Shown here: positions 1 through 6,476 of the stretch, piece after piece | How positions within the stretch are numbered: position 1 is the stretch's first letter | Layout: every line of letters begins with the position of its first letter | Assembly: GCA_023267595.1 (NCBI GenBank) | Contig: JAHFNB010000005.1 | Location: 1-39,082, forward strand | From: a bacterium | Lineage (GTDB): Bacteria > Patescibacteriota > Minisyncoccia > Phycocordibacterales > UBA5272 | Length of the DNA stretch: 39,082 bases | Direction: 5' to 3' | Made by a program: the position numbers and the translations under genes | The notes under the pieces: model-generated | The model's database searches: none | What the model was told of the DNA's origin: nothing | Seen by the model: only the letters and a program-made list of their open reading frames with translations

Positions 1-587
1 GTTGGACAGGTGATGCATGGCCGTCGTCAGTTCGTGGTTTGAACTGTTCCCTTCAGTGGGGTAACGAACGCAACCCTTATCGTGTGTTACAAGTGTCACA
101 CGAGACTGCCCCGTAATTTGTTCAGAAGAACATTGTGTATTTCACAGGAGACCTCAATCAGATGGTTTTCTCCCAATTTAATAAAATTGGGTCCCCTGTG
201 AAATACATAATAACTTTTGTGAATAAATTACGGGGAGGAAGGAGAGGATGACGCCAGGTCAGCATGTCCCTTTGACATCCTGGGCTACACACATAATACA
301 ATCGCATAGACAACGGGCTGCGACGGGGTAACCCTGAGCCAATCCTTCAAACTATGCGCCAGTTCAGATTGTGGTCTGCAACTCGACCACATGAAGCCGG
401 AATTGCTAGTAATCGCGGGTCAGCTAAACCGCGGTGAATACGTTCTCAGGTCTTGTACTCACTGCCCGTCAACTCAAGGGAGCCGGGGGCACCCAAAGGC
501 TTAGCTTGTCTAGGACTAAGGTGAATTCGGTGACAGGGAGTAAGTCGTAACAAGGCACGGCTAGCGGAAGCTGGTCGTGGATTAATT
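1..587 (+). rRNA. rrs: 16S rRNA, 3'-terminal ~590 nt (5' part lies outside the window)
   Basis: Universal SSU blocks occur in the correct order: GCATGGCCGTCGTCAG, AACGAACGCAACCC, GGAGGAAGG..GATGACGCCAGGTC, GGGCTACACAC, GAATTGCTAGTAATCGCGG, GGTGAATACGTTC, CTGCCCGTCA, AAGTCGTAACAAGG. Helix 45 follows (ACGGCTAGC-GGAA-GCTGGTCGT), then GGAT at 579-582. The exact 3' end is uncertain because the canonical tail is absent. Confidence 0.95.
109..235 (+). other. Expansion hairpin inserted in the 16S rRNA at the helix-40 position
   Basis: It lies between the conserved GAGACTGCC and GGAGGAAGG blocks, where typical bacterial 16S has a ~15-nt hairpin. The arms ccccgtaatttgttcagaagaacattgtgtatttcacaggagacc and gggtcccctgtgaaatacataataacttttgtgaataaattacgggg pair over almost their full length. 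There is no ORF inside. Confidence 0.8.
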
Positions 588-840
588 CAATGTGAAAATG
601 TTCTACACAACTATTTAATAGAGTGTAAGAATCTTGTCGATTATTTGTTTTTAAGATAAGGACTTGATAATGATCCTCAACATTATCCGTGTTACTACGA
701 AATGTAACAAAAGTCGCGCAAGCGCTAGAGTGTGACAAAAGAAAGATAAAAAGAATCACAATGTTTTACGTAATTAAAAAATTATTCTAGATATAAGAAG
801 AATAGTTTTTAAATTATGTTTGTAATGTAAAAATAATTCA

Positions 841-870
841 GGCCGGTTTGCTTTCGCAAACCGGCCTTTG
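841..870. terminator. Bidirectional intrinsic terminator hairpin
   Basis: An 11-bp GC-rich stem ggccggtttgc/gcaaaccggcc has a tttc loop. It is followed by TTTG on the + strand and by a T-rich run (tgaattattttt) on the - strand. It sits after the 16S spacer and directly after the stop of the minus-strand ORF 879..1232. Confidence 0.7.
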
Positions 871-878
871 AAGTTGTG

Positions 879-1232
879 TTATCTACGAGCACGATGATTC
901 GGCATCATCGCGCCAAGTTTTATTTCTTTCCTTCTTTTATCTTTATCTTCATTCCATCTCCTCCATTTTTTCTCACCGACTACTTTATGGTAGGAAGTGA
1001 ATTGAAAACCCTGAATATCTCTATTGGTTATGAGATATTCAACACAAAAGAAGGGGACAAAGTACACAAGGATCTCCTCTCCTTGGTAAGGGATACTCCC
1101 TTTTCCATGATCTCTCGCGTTACCATGTTCTGCCAGATATTCACTGATACTATTTTGAGTCATTTGTTGAGTAGTTTCAACAGCCCAAACATGCTTTCTC
1201 AACTCATTGCGTCTTCGTGCGTGGATGTTCAT
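879..1232 (-). CDS. Hypothetical protein, 117 aa, basic C-terminal tail; faint RelE/ParE-toxin-like pattern
   Basis: Its composition is more protein-like than the mirror ORF on the + strand. AGGGAG lies 9 nt upstream of the ATG and the terminator hairpin lies just past the stop. The segment LAEHG..HGKG..GEE..F.VEYLI...IQGFQFTSYHK loosely recalls the RelE/ParE C-terminal core. GC is elevated relative to the window. Confidence 0.4.
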   Translation of the reverse strand: MNIHARRRNELRKHVWAVETTQQMTQNSISEYLAEHGNARDHGKGSIPYQGEEILVYFVPFFCVEYLITNRDIQGFQFTSYHKVVGEKKWRRWNEDKDKRRKEIKLGAMMPNHRARR

Positions 1233-1298
1233 TGCTAAGTACTCCCTTAAGAAGGAACTGTCCTATTTCTACCTTATTTATAAGGCTTTTGCAATCTA

Positions 1299-1327
1299 TT
1301 GACTTTTATAGTATTTTGTGCTATATT
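1299..1327 (+). promoter_or_regulatory. Near-consensus sigma70-type promoter with extended -10
   Basis: TTGACT (1299-1304), a 17-nt spacer ending in TGc, then TATATT (1322-1327). Confidence 0.6.
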
Positions 1328-1357
1328 GTTATATAGACTCATTCACATGGAGGCTGT

Positions 1358-1591
1358 ATGTTCCGTAAATCTTCTGATTGGCCGGTGCATCACGCCGGCA
1401 TTGGTGATTACTTGGTGAAGGGGCAAGAAAAGCCCTGCACTAAGGAAAAGTTTTCTCCCATGAATTTTTTGAGGGAGAATTTCCTTATCTTTGTCGTCAC
1501 TGGTCTCTTGGTTGCTTTGGAAAGCACGATAGACTGGGACCACGCAATCGGAGTGAAGGTGCCGAAGTACGTTCACTCCCAACAGAAATAA
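1358..1591 (+). CDS. Hypothetical 77-aa ORF; alternatively a structured 5' leader
   Basis: GGAGG lies 4 nt before the ATG. There is one hydrophobic segment (FLIFVVTGLLVAL). Its stop TAA overlaps the SD of the next small ORF. The same DNA also forms several stable hairpins (GCCGG/CCGGC, GGGC/GCCC, TTCTCCC/GGGAGAA, GGAGTGAA/TTCACTCC), so coding status is uncertain. Confidence 0.3.
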   Translation: MFRKSSDWPVHHAGIGDYLVKGQEKPCTKEKFSPMNFLRENFLIFVVTGLLVALESTIDWDHAIGVKVPKYVHSQQK

Positions 1592-1601
1592 AGGAGAGAC
1601 C

Positions 1602-1691
1602 ATGAAGAAATGGCTGCAGGACAACACGAAGCAACTGGTAGTGGTAATGGCGGTTGCTATCGTTGCTGCATATATTACGTGGTGGAAATAA
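1602..1691 (+). CDS. 29-aa single-pass hydrophobic peptide MKKWLQDNTKQLVVVMAVAIVAAYITWWK
   Basis: AAGGAGAG lies 5-6 nt upstream of the ATG and an intrinsic terminator follows immediately. It is not in the supplied ORF track because it is too short; I translated it by hand. Confidence 0.4.
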   Translation: MKKWLQDNTKQLVVVMAVAIVAAYITWWK

Positions 1692-1710
1692 AAAGTCACC
1701 ACGAACAAAA

Positions 1711-1741
1711 GCCGGATGTCGCTACGCGACTCCGGCTTTTC
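1711..1741 (+). terminator. Intrinsic terminator
   Basis: GCCGGAtGTCGC-tac-GCGACtCCGGC followed by TTTT. Confidence 0.75.
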
Positions 1742-1756
1742 ATATACCTCATTTTA

Positions 1757-1765
1757 TGGTAGTAT
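1757..1765 (+). promoter_or_regulatory. Candidate extended -10 promoter for the tRNA-Ile transcript
   Basis: TGgTAGTAT lies directly downstream of the terminator and ~150 nt upstream of tRNA-Ile. Confidence 0.35.
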
Positions 1766-1816
1766 TTTGTGACAAGTTGTTTCTTTTGAAGAGTCGCACC
1801 CGCAGTGTTGCTCTAC

Positions 1817-1882
1817 CTGCGAATCCCGTTTGGGGGTAAATTGATTGCCCAAGTCACTGTCGTTCGACCCGACATTCGCAGG
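1817..1882 (+). ncRNA. tRNA-like element or degenerate tRNA (66 nt, no proper D arm)
   Basis: It has a perfect 7-bp acceptor-like stem (ctgcgaa 1817-1823 / ttcgcag 1875-1881). It has a perfect 5-bp T stem (tgtcg/cgaca) with a TTCGACC loop. An anticodon-like arm gggta-aattgat-tgccc is present but position 33 is A, not U. Only ~10 nt sit where the D arm should be, and no CCA is encoded. Confidence 0.45.
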
Positions 1883-1891
1883 GTCTCTTCA

Positions 1892-1908
1892 AAGGAAATA
1901 ATTTCCTT
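1892..1908. repeat. Perfect 8+1+8 palindrome immediately 5' of tRNA-Ile
   Basis: The sequence is aaggaaat-a-atttcctt. It could be a processing hairpin or an operator. Confidence 0.4.
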
Positions 1909-1913
1909 AATGC

Positions 1914-1991
1914 GCGCGATTAGCTCAGCTGGTTTAGAGCATTCGACTGATACTCGAAAGGTCCCTGGTTCGATTCCAGGATCGCGCACCA
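1914..1991 (+). tRNA. tRNA-Ile (anticodon GAU), CCA encoded
   Basis: Manual fold: acceptor gcgcgat/atcgcgc, D arm gctc-agctggttta-gagc, anticodon arm ttcga-ctGATac-tcgaa, variable aggtc, T arm cctgg-ttcgatt-ccagg, discriminator A, then CCA. Confidence 0.93.
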
Positions 1992-2004
1992 CATAAAAAT
2001 AGTT

Positions 2005-2013
2005 TGCTATTAT
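2005..2013 (+). promoter_or_regulatory. Extended -10 box, 6 nt before ATG 2020
   Basis: TGcTATTAT, then gtacat, then ATG. Confidence 0.5.
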
Positions 2014-2019
2014 GTACAT

Positions 2020-2655
2020 ATGAATCTATCTGATATTTCTCTTGTTGGAATAAAAGGAGTTCTCCTTGACTTTGATAATACGTTCTATGACTACACACCT
2101 GCTCATGAGGCTTCACTTCTTGCAGTATTTGAAGTATTTAAAAATACTCACAAAGTTTCGTATGAAGATTTTATCTCTCTCTATAGTGACGCGCAAAAAA
2201 AAGTAAAATTACTCACCAATAATCAAGCAGCAAGTCATTCTCGTCTTTTATATTTTCAAAAGATGATTGAACATTTGGAACATACAACTAATATACAAGA
2301 AATAGTAATTCTCGAAGAACTGTATTGGTCTACATTTGAAAAGCATATGATACCAAAAAAAGAGATATTTGATTTCATAAAAAAATGCAAAGAAAATGGC
2401 ATAAAAACCTGTATTGTAACTGACTTGACCGCAGGGGTGCAATTCCGTAAAATGAGGGCAATAGGTGTGGATACATTGACTGATTTTGTTGTAACTTCAG
2501 AAGAGGCAGGGGCAGAAAAACCACATTCGGCAGTATTTACTCTCGCATTAGAAAAATTACAACTCTCTCCTTCGGATGTGATCATGATCGGTGACGATAC
2601 TAAAAAAGATATAGATGGAGCACATACACACGGAATTAAAGCATACATGGTCTAA
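2020..2655 (+). CDS. HAD-superfamily hydrolase (subfamily IA-like phosphatase)
   Basis: Motif I is LLDFDNT. Motif II is IVTDLT. Motifs III/IV are K...MIGDDTKKDIDGA. Confidence 0.8.
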   Translation: MNLSDISLVGIKGVLLDFDNTFYDYTPAHEASLLAVFEVFKNTHKVSYEDFISLYSDAQKKVKLLTNNQAASHSRLLYFQKMIEHLEHTTNIQEIVILEELYWSTFEKHMIPKKEIFDFIKKCKENGIKTCIVTDLTAGVQFRKMRAIGVDTLTDFVVTSEEAGAEKPHSAVFTLALEKLQLSPSDVIMIGDDTKKDIDGAHTHGIKAYMV

Positions 2656-4780
2656 TATAAAGTCCTTTTTTTCTTCGGCTATAGTTGTTTGTAAACCACT
2701 TCTTACATCTCCACTCTTTCTCATACCACTTTGTATAAAAATTGTTTTCTCATATTTTTTTGCATCAGAGAGTGTAACGGAATCTCTCATTCCTTTTGTA
2801 AAATATTTTGCATTTGAAAATAATAATCCGTATACACACTTTTATACACAAGGACTTACGAATGCATTTCCATACCCGACACTCATGATGTTGCTATTGG
2901 GTAGTTTCTATAGTTTCTTTGGTGCTTTTTCCGACATGCTCCACAATAGTCTTACGCATGTAGATATTTTAATTGAACGTATTCCACTCCTTATTGCAGA
3001 TATTGGAATACTCGCGGTGTTACTATCATGGTTTAAAAAAAGATATACAGAAATATTATGGCTCTACTGGTGTTCTCCGATACTTTTCTATATTAGTTAT
3101 ATTCATGGACAAGTAGATGCTATCCCTATTTTTTTCCTCTTTTGTTTCTTATATTTCTTATTTAAGGAGTATGATTACCTCGCACTTATTTTCTTAGGAC
3201 TAGCAATAGCAACAAAATTTGGTATTGTTATTGTGTTTCCGTTTGTTCTTTTATATCTCATCAAAGAACGAGAAAATATCTGGGTGTCATTATGCAAGAT
3301 ACTTATTCCGATTATCATATTTATAGGTATTAACATTTCAAATCTATTTAACCCTGCATTTATAGGAATGGTATTTGCAACAAAAGAAGGATTGAAAGTG
3401 TTTGATGTTGTAGTTGCATATAATCAAAATCTTTTCTTGTATGTTATTCCCATGGCATTTTGTATCTTACTCTTTGGATTTTTTACGTTTAAGAAATATA
3501 GTAGAGATCTATTCCTTGTGTTCTTAGGATTTACATTCTTTATTTTGACATTATGTATTCCTCCAATGCAGGGATGGTATTTCTGGATAATTCCATTTGC
3601 GGTATATTTTTATACATATGCTACTGAACGAGAGAGAATACTGTATTACAGTATTACTCTTGTCTACTTTTTATATTTTGCAGTTATTAAGAGTTCAGAT
3701 TATTTCTCAGTATTTTCTCTTTCATCAGAGAGATTTGCTTCTATTCCGAACCTCTATCATATAGGTATGGAAAATGGGATACCTATGGATTTTATAGTGA
3801 ATCTTTCTTTTACACTCCTTCAAGTTGTACTCCTCCTTAATATTTACTGGATATATAGAAAAGGGATAGAGCAATATATGAGGTATAAGATGCATTATAA
3901 GCCGTATTTAGTTGGTGTGGCAGGGGATTCTGGAAGTGGTAAGACGACGCTTGCCGAGTTACTTAGTGATGTTTTTGCACGTCGAAATGTTTCTGTTGTT
4001 GCGGGAGATGATTTACATAAATGGGAACGGGGGAATGATATGTGGACCAAATACACACATCTAGATCCTCGAGCAAATGAATTACATACAGATATTCATA
4101 GTGTGTATTCTATGAAACAAGGACAATCTATTTTACGTAGACATTATGATCATACATCAGGTACGTTCACGCTCCCACAAAAGTATGCGTCGAAGCGTCT
4201 TGTTATTTTCGAAGGATTACATTCACTTTTCTTAGAAAAAGTACGCAAAGCCTTTGATCTTAAAATATTTATTTCTCCTGAAGAGCAGTTACAATTGCAT
4301 TGGAAAATTATTCGTGATTTTGAGCATAGAGGTTATTCAAAAGAAGATGTGATGCAACAAATACAATTGCGTATACAAGATAAAGAGCAGTTTATTATGG
4401 TGCAAGAAAAATATTCTGATATAGTTATTTCCCTTAAAAATAATTTTTCATTAGGAGATAGAATAGGGAACAAAGATGTAGCATTATCACTATTTCTTGA
4501 AATAACATGTGCCAATGATATCGGGTTACAATCACTTCTTGATGAAGTATCAAAGTATATGAATGTTGAATATCGTATTAAAGATGAGAAGCAACATATA
4601 AAGTTTAACGGAGTGATACGTAAAGAACATATACAAGAAATCGCAGAGACTATTATTCCAGAACTAGATGAATTGTCACTTGAGAATCGTGTATGGCATG
4701 ATAACTACAATGGTGTTATACAACTATTTGTTACATTGTATATGTTTGAATCAATGCGACTAGAACACTATGACTTATAA
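2615..4780 (+). CDS. Polytopic membrane domain (GT-C-like) fused to a phosphoribulokinase/uridine-kinase-family P-loop domain
   Basis: The N-terminal ~430 aa have many TM segments, with an acidic/aromatic first loop (ENNNPYTHFY..FPYP). The C-terminal part carries VGVAGDSGSGKTTLAELL, GDDLHKWER, LDPRANE, IFEGLH, DLKIFISPEE and IIRDFEHRGYS, typical of the PRK/Udk family. The start at 2615 overlaps the preceding gene by 41 nt, and there is no other ATG before residue ~90. Confidence 0.7.
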   Translation: MEHIHTELKHTWSNIKSFFSSAIVVCKPLLTSPLFLIPLCIKIVFSYFFASESVTESLIPFVKYFAFENNNPYTHFYTQGLTNAFPYPTLMMLLLGSFYSFFGAFSDMLHNSLTHVDILIERIPLLIADIGILAVLLSWFKKRYTEILWLYWCSPILFYISYIHGQVDAIPIFFLFCFLYFLFKEYDYLALIFLGLAIATKFGIVIVFPFVLLYLIKERENIWVSLCKILIPIIIFIGINISNLFNPAFIGMVFATKEGLKVFDVVVAYNQNLFLYVIPMAFCILLFGFFTFKKYSRDLFLVFLGFTFFILTLCIPPMQGWYFWIIPFAVYFYTYATERERILYYSITLVYFLYFAVIKSSDYFSVFSLSSERFASIPNLYHIGMENGIPMDFIVNLSFTLLQVVLLLNIYWIYRKGIEQYMRYKMHYKPYLVGVAGDSGSGKTTLAELLSDVFARRNVSVVAGDDLHKWERGNDMWTKYTHLDPRANELHTDIHSVYSMKQGQSILRRHYDHTSGTFTLPQKYASKRLVIFEGLHSLFLEKVRKAFDLKIFISPEEQLQLHWKIIRDFEHRGYSKEDVMQQIQLRIQDKEQFIMVQEKYSDIVISLKNNFSLGDRIGNKDVALSLFLEITCANDIGLQSLLDEVSKYMNVEYRIKDEKQHIKFNGVIRKEHIQEIAETIIPELDELSLENRVWHDNYNGVIQLFVTLYMFESMRLEHYDL

Positions 4781-5780
4781 TCCCTTTCTACGAGTTGCAC
4801 AAGAATTAGGAAGAAAGCAAGAATATTTTCAGGGTACTGGAGGTAATATTTCTTTGAAACATAATTCTCATGACATGGTGATTAAGTCTTCTGGTATTAG
4901 AGTGCAAGATATGGTGTATGATGAAGGGCTCATCGGAGTTTCTTTTCCAAATATTCGTAACTGCTTTGCTATGGGGCATATGGTGAGTGAAGAAGAAAGC
5001 AATATTACCATTCGAGATTCTGTACTTGTGCGTGATGCGCGCCGCCCTTCTATTGAAACTGGATTCCATGCCATTTTACATAATGCAGTTATTCATTCAC
5101 ATTCAGTGTATGTAAATATTCTTGCATGTTCATCATCTTTTTTTGAATTAGTGGAGAAATTATTTTCTCATACAGATATAGTCTATAGTGTGGTGGAGTA
5201 TGCAGCACCAGGACATTACTTAACACAAAAGGTGAAGCAAAGTATAAGTGATATAAAAAGTAGTAAGCATATCGTCTTTTTGAAAAATCATGGAGTTATT
5301 GCTTCTGCTCTATCACTTTTTGATGCGGTAACGATTCATGAAAAAGTAAATGATATTATTCGTGATTATTTTGGTATTACTGATACTTACCCTATATCTC
5401 AATTGTGTCATAGACAAACTGGTGAGTCAGTAAGCGTTACGCCGTTTCTCTTAGATTTCTTAAAGAATAATAGTTACTATTTTGTACATATCAAAGAGTA
5501 TATGTTGTTTCCAGATTTAATAGTTTTTTGTAAAGATCTTGTTGTTACGGATGATGAATCATGTGATGCAAAAATTGTGGTGAGCATATCTCGTAATGAG
5601 ATTCGTTATAACACAAGCAAAAAAGAAGCACATATCATAGAAGAAAACTTGGTGGCGTGGGCATATATTCTCACCATGATAGAAAAACATAATTTATCAC
5701 CAGTATTTATTTCACAAGAACAAGCAGGAATTATTGAAAACTTAGAATCAGAAAAATATAGAAAAGAATTGGTTAAATAA
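4770..5780 (+). CDS. Class II aldolase/adducin-family protein (FucA/AraD/MtnB-like) with extra C-terminal domain
   Basis: Motifs: GTGGNISLK, VIKSSGI, ETGFHAILH, AVIHSHSVY. It overlaps the upstream stop. Confidence 0.7.
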   Translation: MTYNPFLRVAQELGRKQEYFQGTGGNISLKHNSHDMVIKSSGIRVQDMVYDEGLIGVSFPNIRNCFAMGHMVSEEESNITIRDSVLVRDARRPSIETGFHAILHNAVIHSHSVYVNILACSSSFFELVEKLFSHTDIVYSVVEYAAPGHYLTQKVKQSISDIKSSKHIVFLKNHGVIASALSLFDAVTIHEKVNDIIRDYFGITDTYPISQLCHRQTGESVSVTPFLLDFLKNNSYYFVHIKEYMLFPDLIVFCKDLVVTDDESCDAKIVVSISRNEIRYNTSKKEAHIIEENLVAWAYILTMIEKHNLSPVFISQEQAGIIENLESEKYRKELVK

Positions 5781-5784
5781 TAAT

Positions 5785-6414
5785 TTAGACAAGATGTCTT
5801 TCCCAAGTAGGAATAGTTTCAACTGATGTCATAACAAGATCAAGGTTCATCCCAAGTTGTTTAATCTCTTCTGCATATGCATCAATGTCTTGTGGACGTC
5901 CCCATCTGTCTGGAGAGACTAGTGCAGTTTTAAAGAGAGAAAGACGATGTACTATTTCTTCATTAAGTGGAAGGCGAGTGTTGGTATCGATCCAGACCCA
6001 ATCAAGAAGTGTTTTTCCATCACGTATTTGGGACTCTACATTTTCAATTGGTTCTGCTTCAGAATAGCGTATAGCAAGTTCACGTATTCCTTCTCGTGTT
6101 GCTTTGTAGAGGTACGGAAACTCAACATCCAAAAGAAAATAGTTTTCTTTTGGAATATCGTAATGTGCTGCAAGATTTAAAACACGCTCCTCGTATCCTG
6201 CTTCTTTTATATTAAAGATAATAAAGGAATTACCTTGTATGGTAAATGTTTTTAGATAGTCCTCTAGTGAAACAAGAGTATTTGGATTGGAGATAGGATC
6301 ATGACTTAAGAGTATCTGGTCTCCATACCCACGAATATCAATTTCTACTCCATATTTTGGGTCGAGTTTTGAGAGTTCTTCTATGGTGTTTATTCTGTGG
6401 GCAACTATGATCAT
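5785..6414 (-). CDS. Glycerophosphodiester phosphodiesterase (GDPD)-family protein
   Basis: MIIVAHRINT...VEIDIR...ILLSHDP matches the GDPD HR..E.D..HD pattern. The ORF extends to a GTG at 6471, but the ATG at 6414 fits the family N-terminus. Confidence 0.65.
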   Translation of the reverse strand: MIIVAHRINTIEELSKLDPKYGVEIDIRGYGDQILLSHDPISNPNTLVSLEDYLKTFTIQGNSFIIFNIKEAGYEERVLNLAAHYDIPKENYFLLDVEFPYLYKATREGIRELAIRYSEAEPIENVESQIRDGKTLLDWVWIDTNTRLPLNEEIVHRLSLFKTALVSPDRWGRPQDIDAYAEEIKQLGMNLDLVMTSVETIPTWERHLV

Positions 6415-6476
6415 TTTGAGTAAGTAGTCCTCAGTATACAATATGGGTAAATTTTGATAGATTGGAAGCACGAAAC

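Noticed and set aside
951-1084. Two pyrimidine tracts resembling a 16S 3' tail: CATCTCCTCCATTTT at ~956-970 and GGATCTCCTCTCCTT at 1070-1084. I considered them as a displaced 3' exon after an intron at position ~582.
   Set aside because: Neither matches GATCACCTCCTT exactly. Both lie beyond a strong terminator hairpin and inside an ORF, where on the other strand they encode the purine-rich codons of a basic/acidic tail. I recognised no intron-like core structure between 582 and these sites.
876-1238. 120-aa plus-strand ORF mirroring the minus-strand ORF 879..1232.
   Set aside because: Its composition is phenylalanine/serine-rich and low-complexity-like, and it has no start context. The minus-strand frame has an SD-like motif, a terminator and a more protein-like sequence. 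Only one of the two can be real, and even that one is low confidence.
1414-1426. GGTGAAGGGGCAA, and GCCGAAG further downstream, resembling the ACCGAAGGGGCAA core of glycine riboswitch aptamers.
   Set aside because: The flanking conserved elements (CTCTGGAGAG P1 and CTCAGGCAAAAGGAC) are not present in recognisable form. The downstream gene is a tiny hydrophobic peptide, not a glycine-related gene. It needs an Infernal scan before any claim.
1343-1708. 121-aa minus-strand ORF across the structured leader and small-peptide region.
   Set aside because: It would read through the plus-strand terminator and promoter-proximal region. It has no upstream signals and an implausible composition.
1309-1771. 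12-nt repeat tagtattttgtg at 1309-1320 and 1760-1771. I considered it a cassette-boundary repeat.
   Set aside because: It is short and AT-rich, and each copy lies in or overlaps a promoter-like element. Chance or a shared promoter context is sufficient to explain it.
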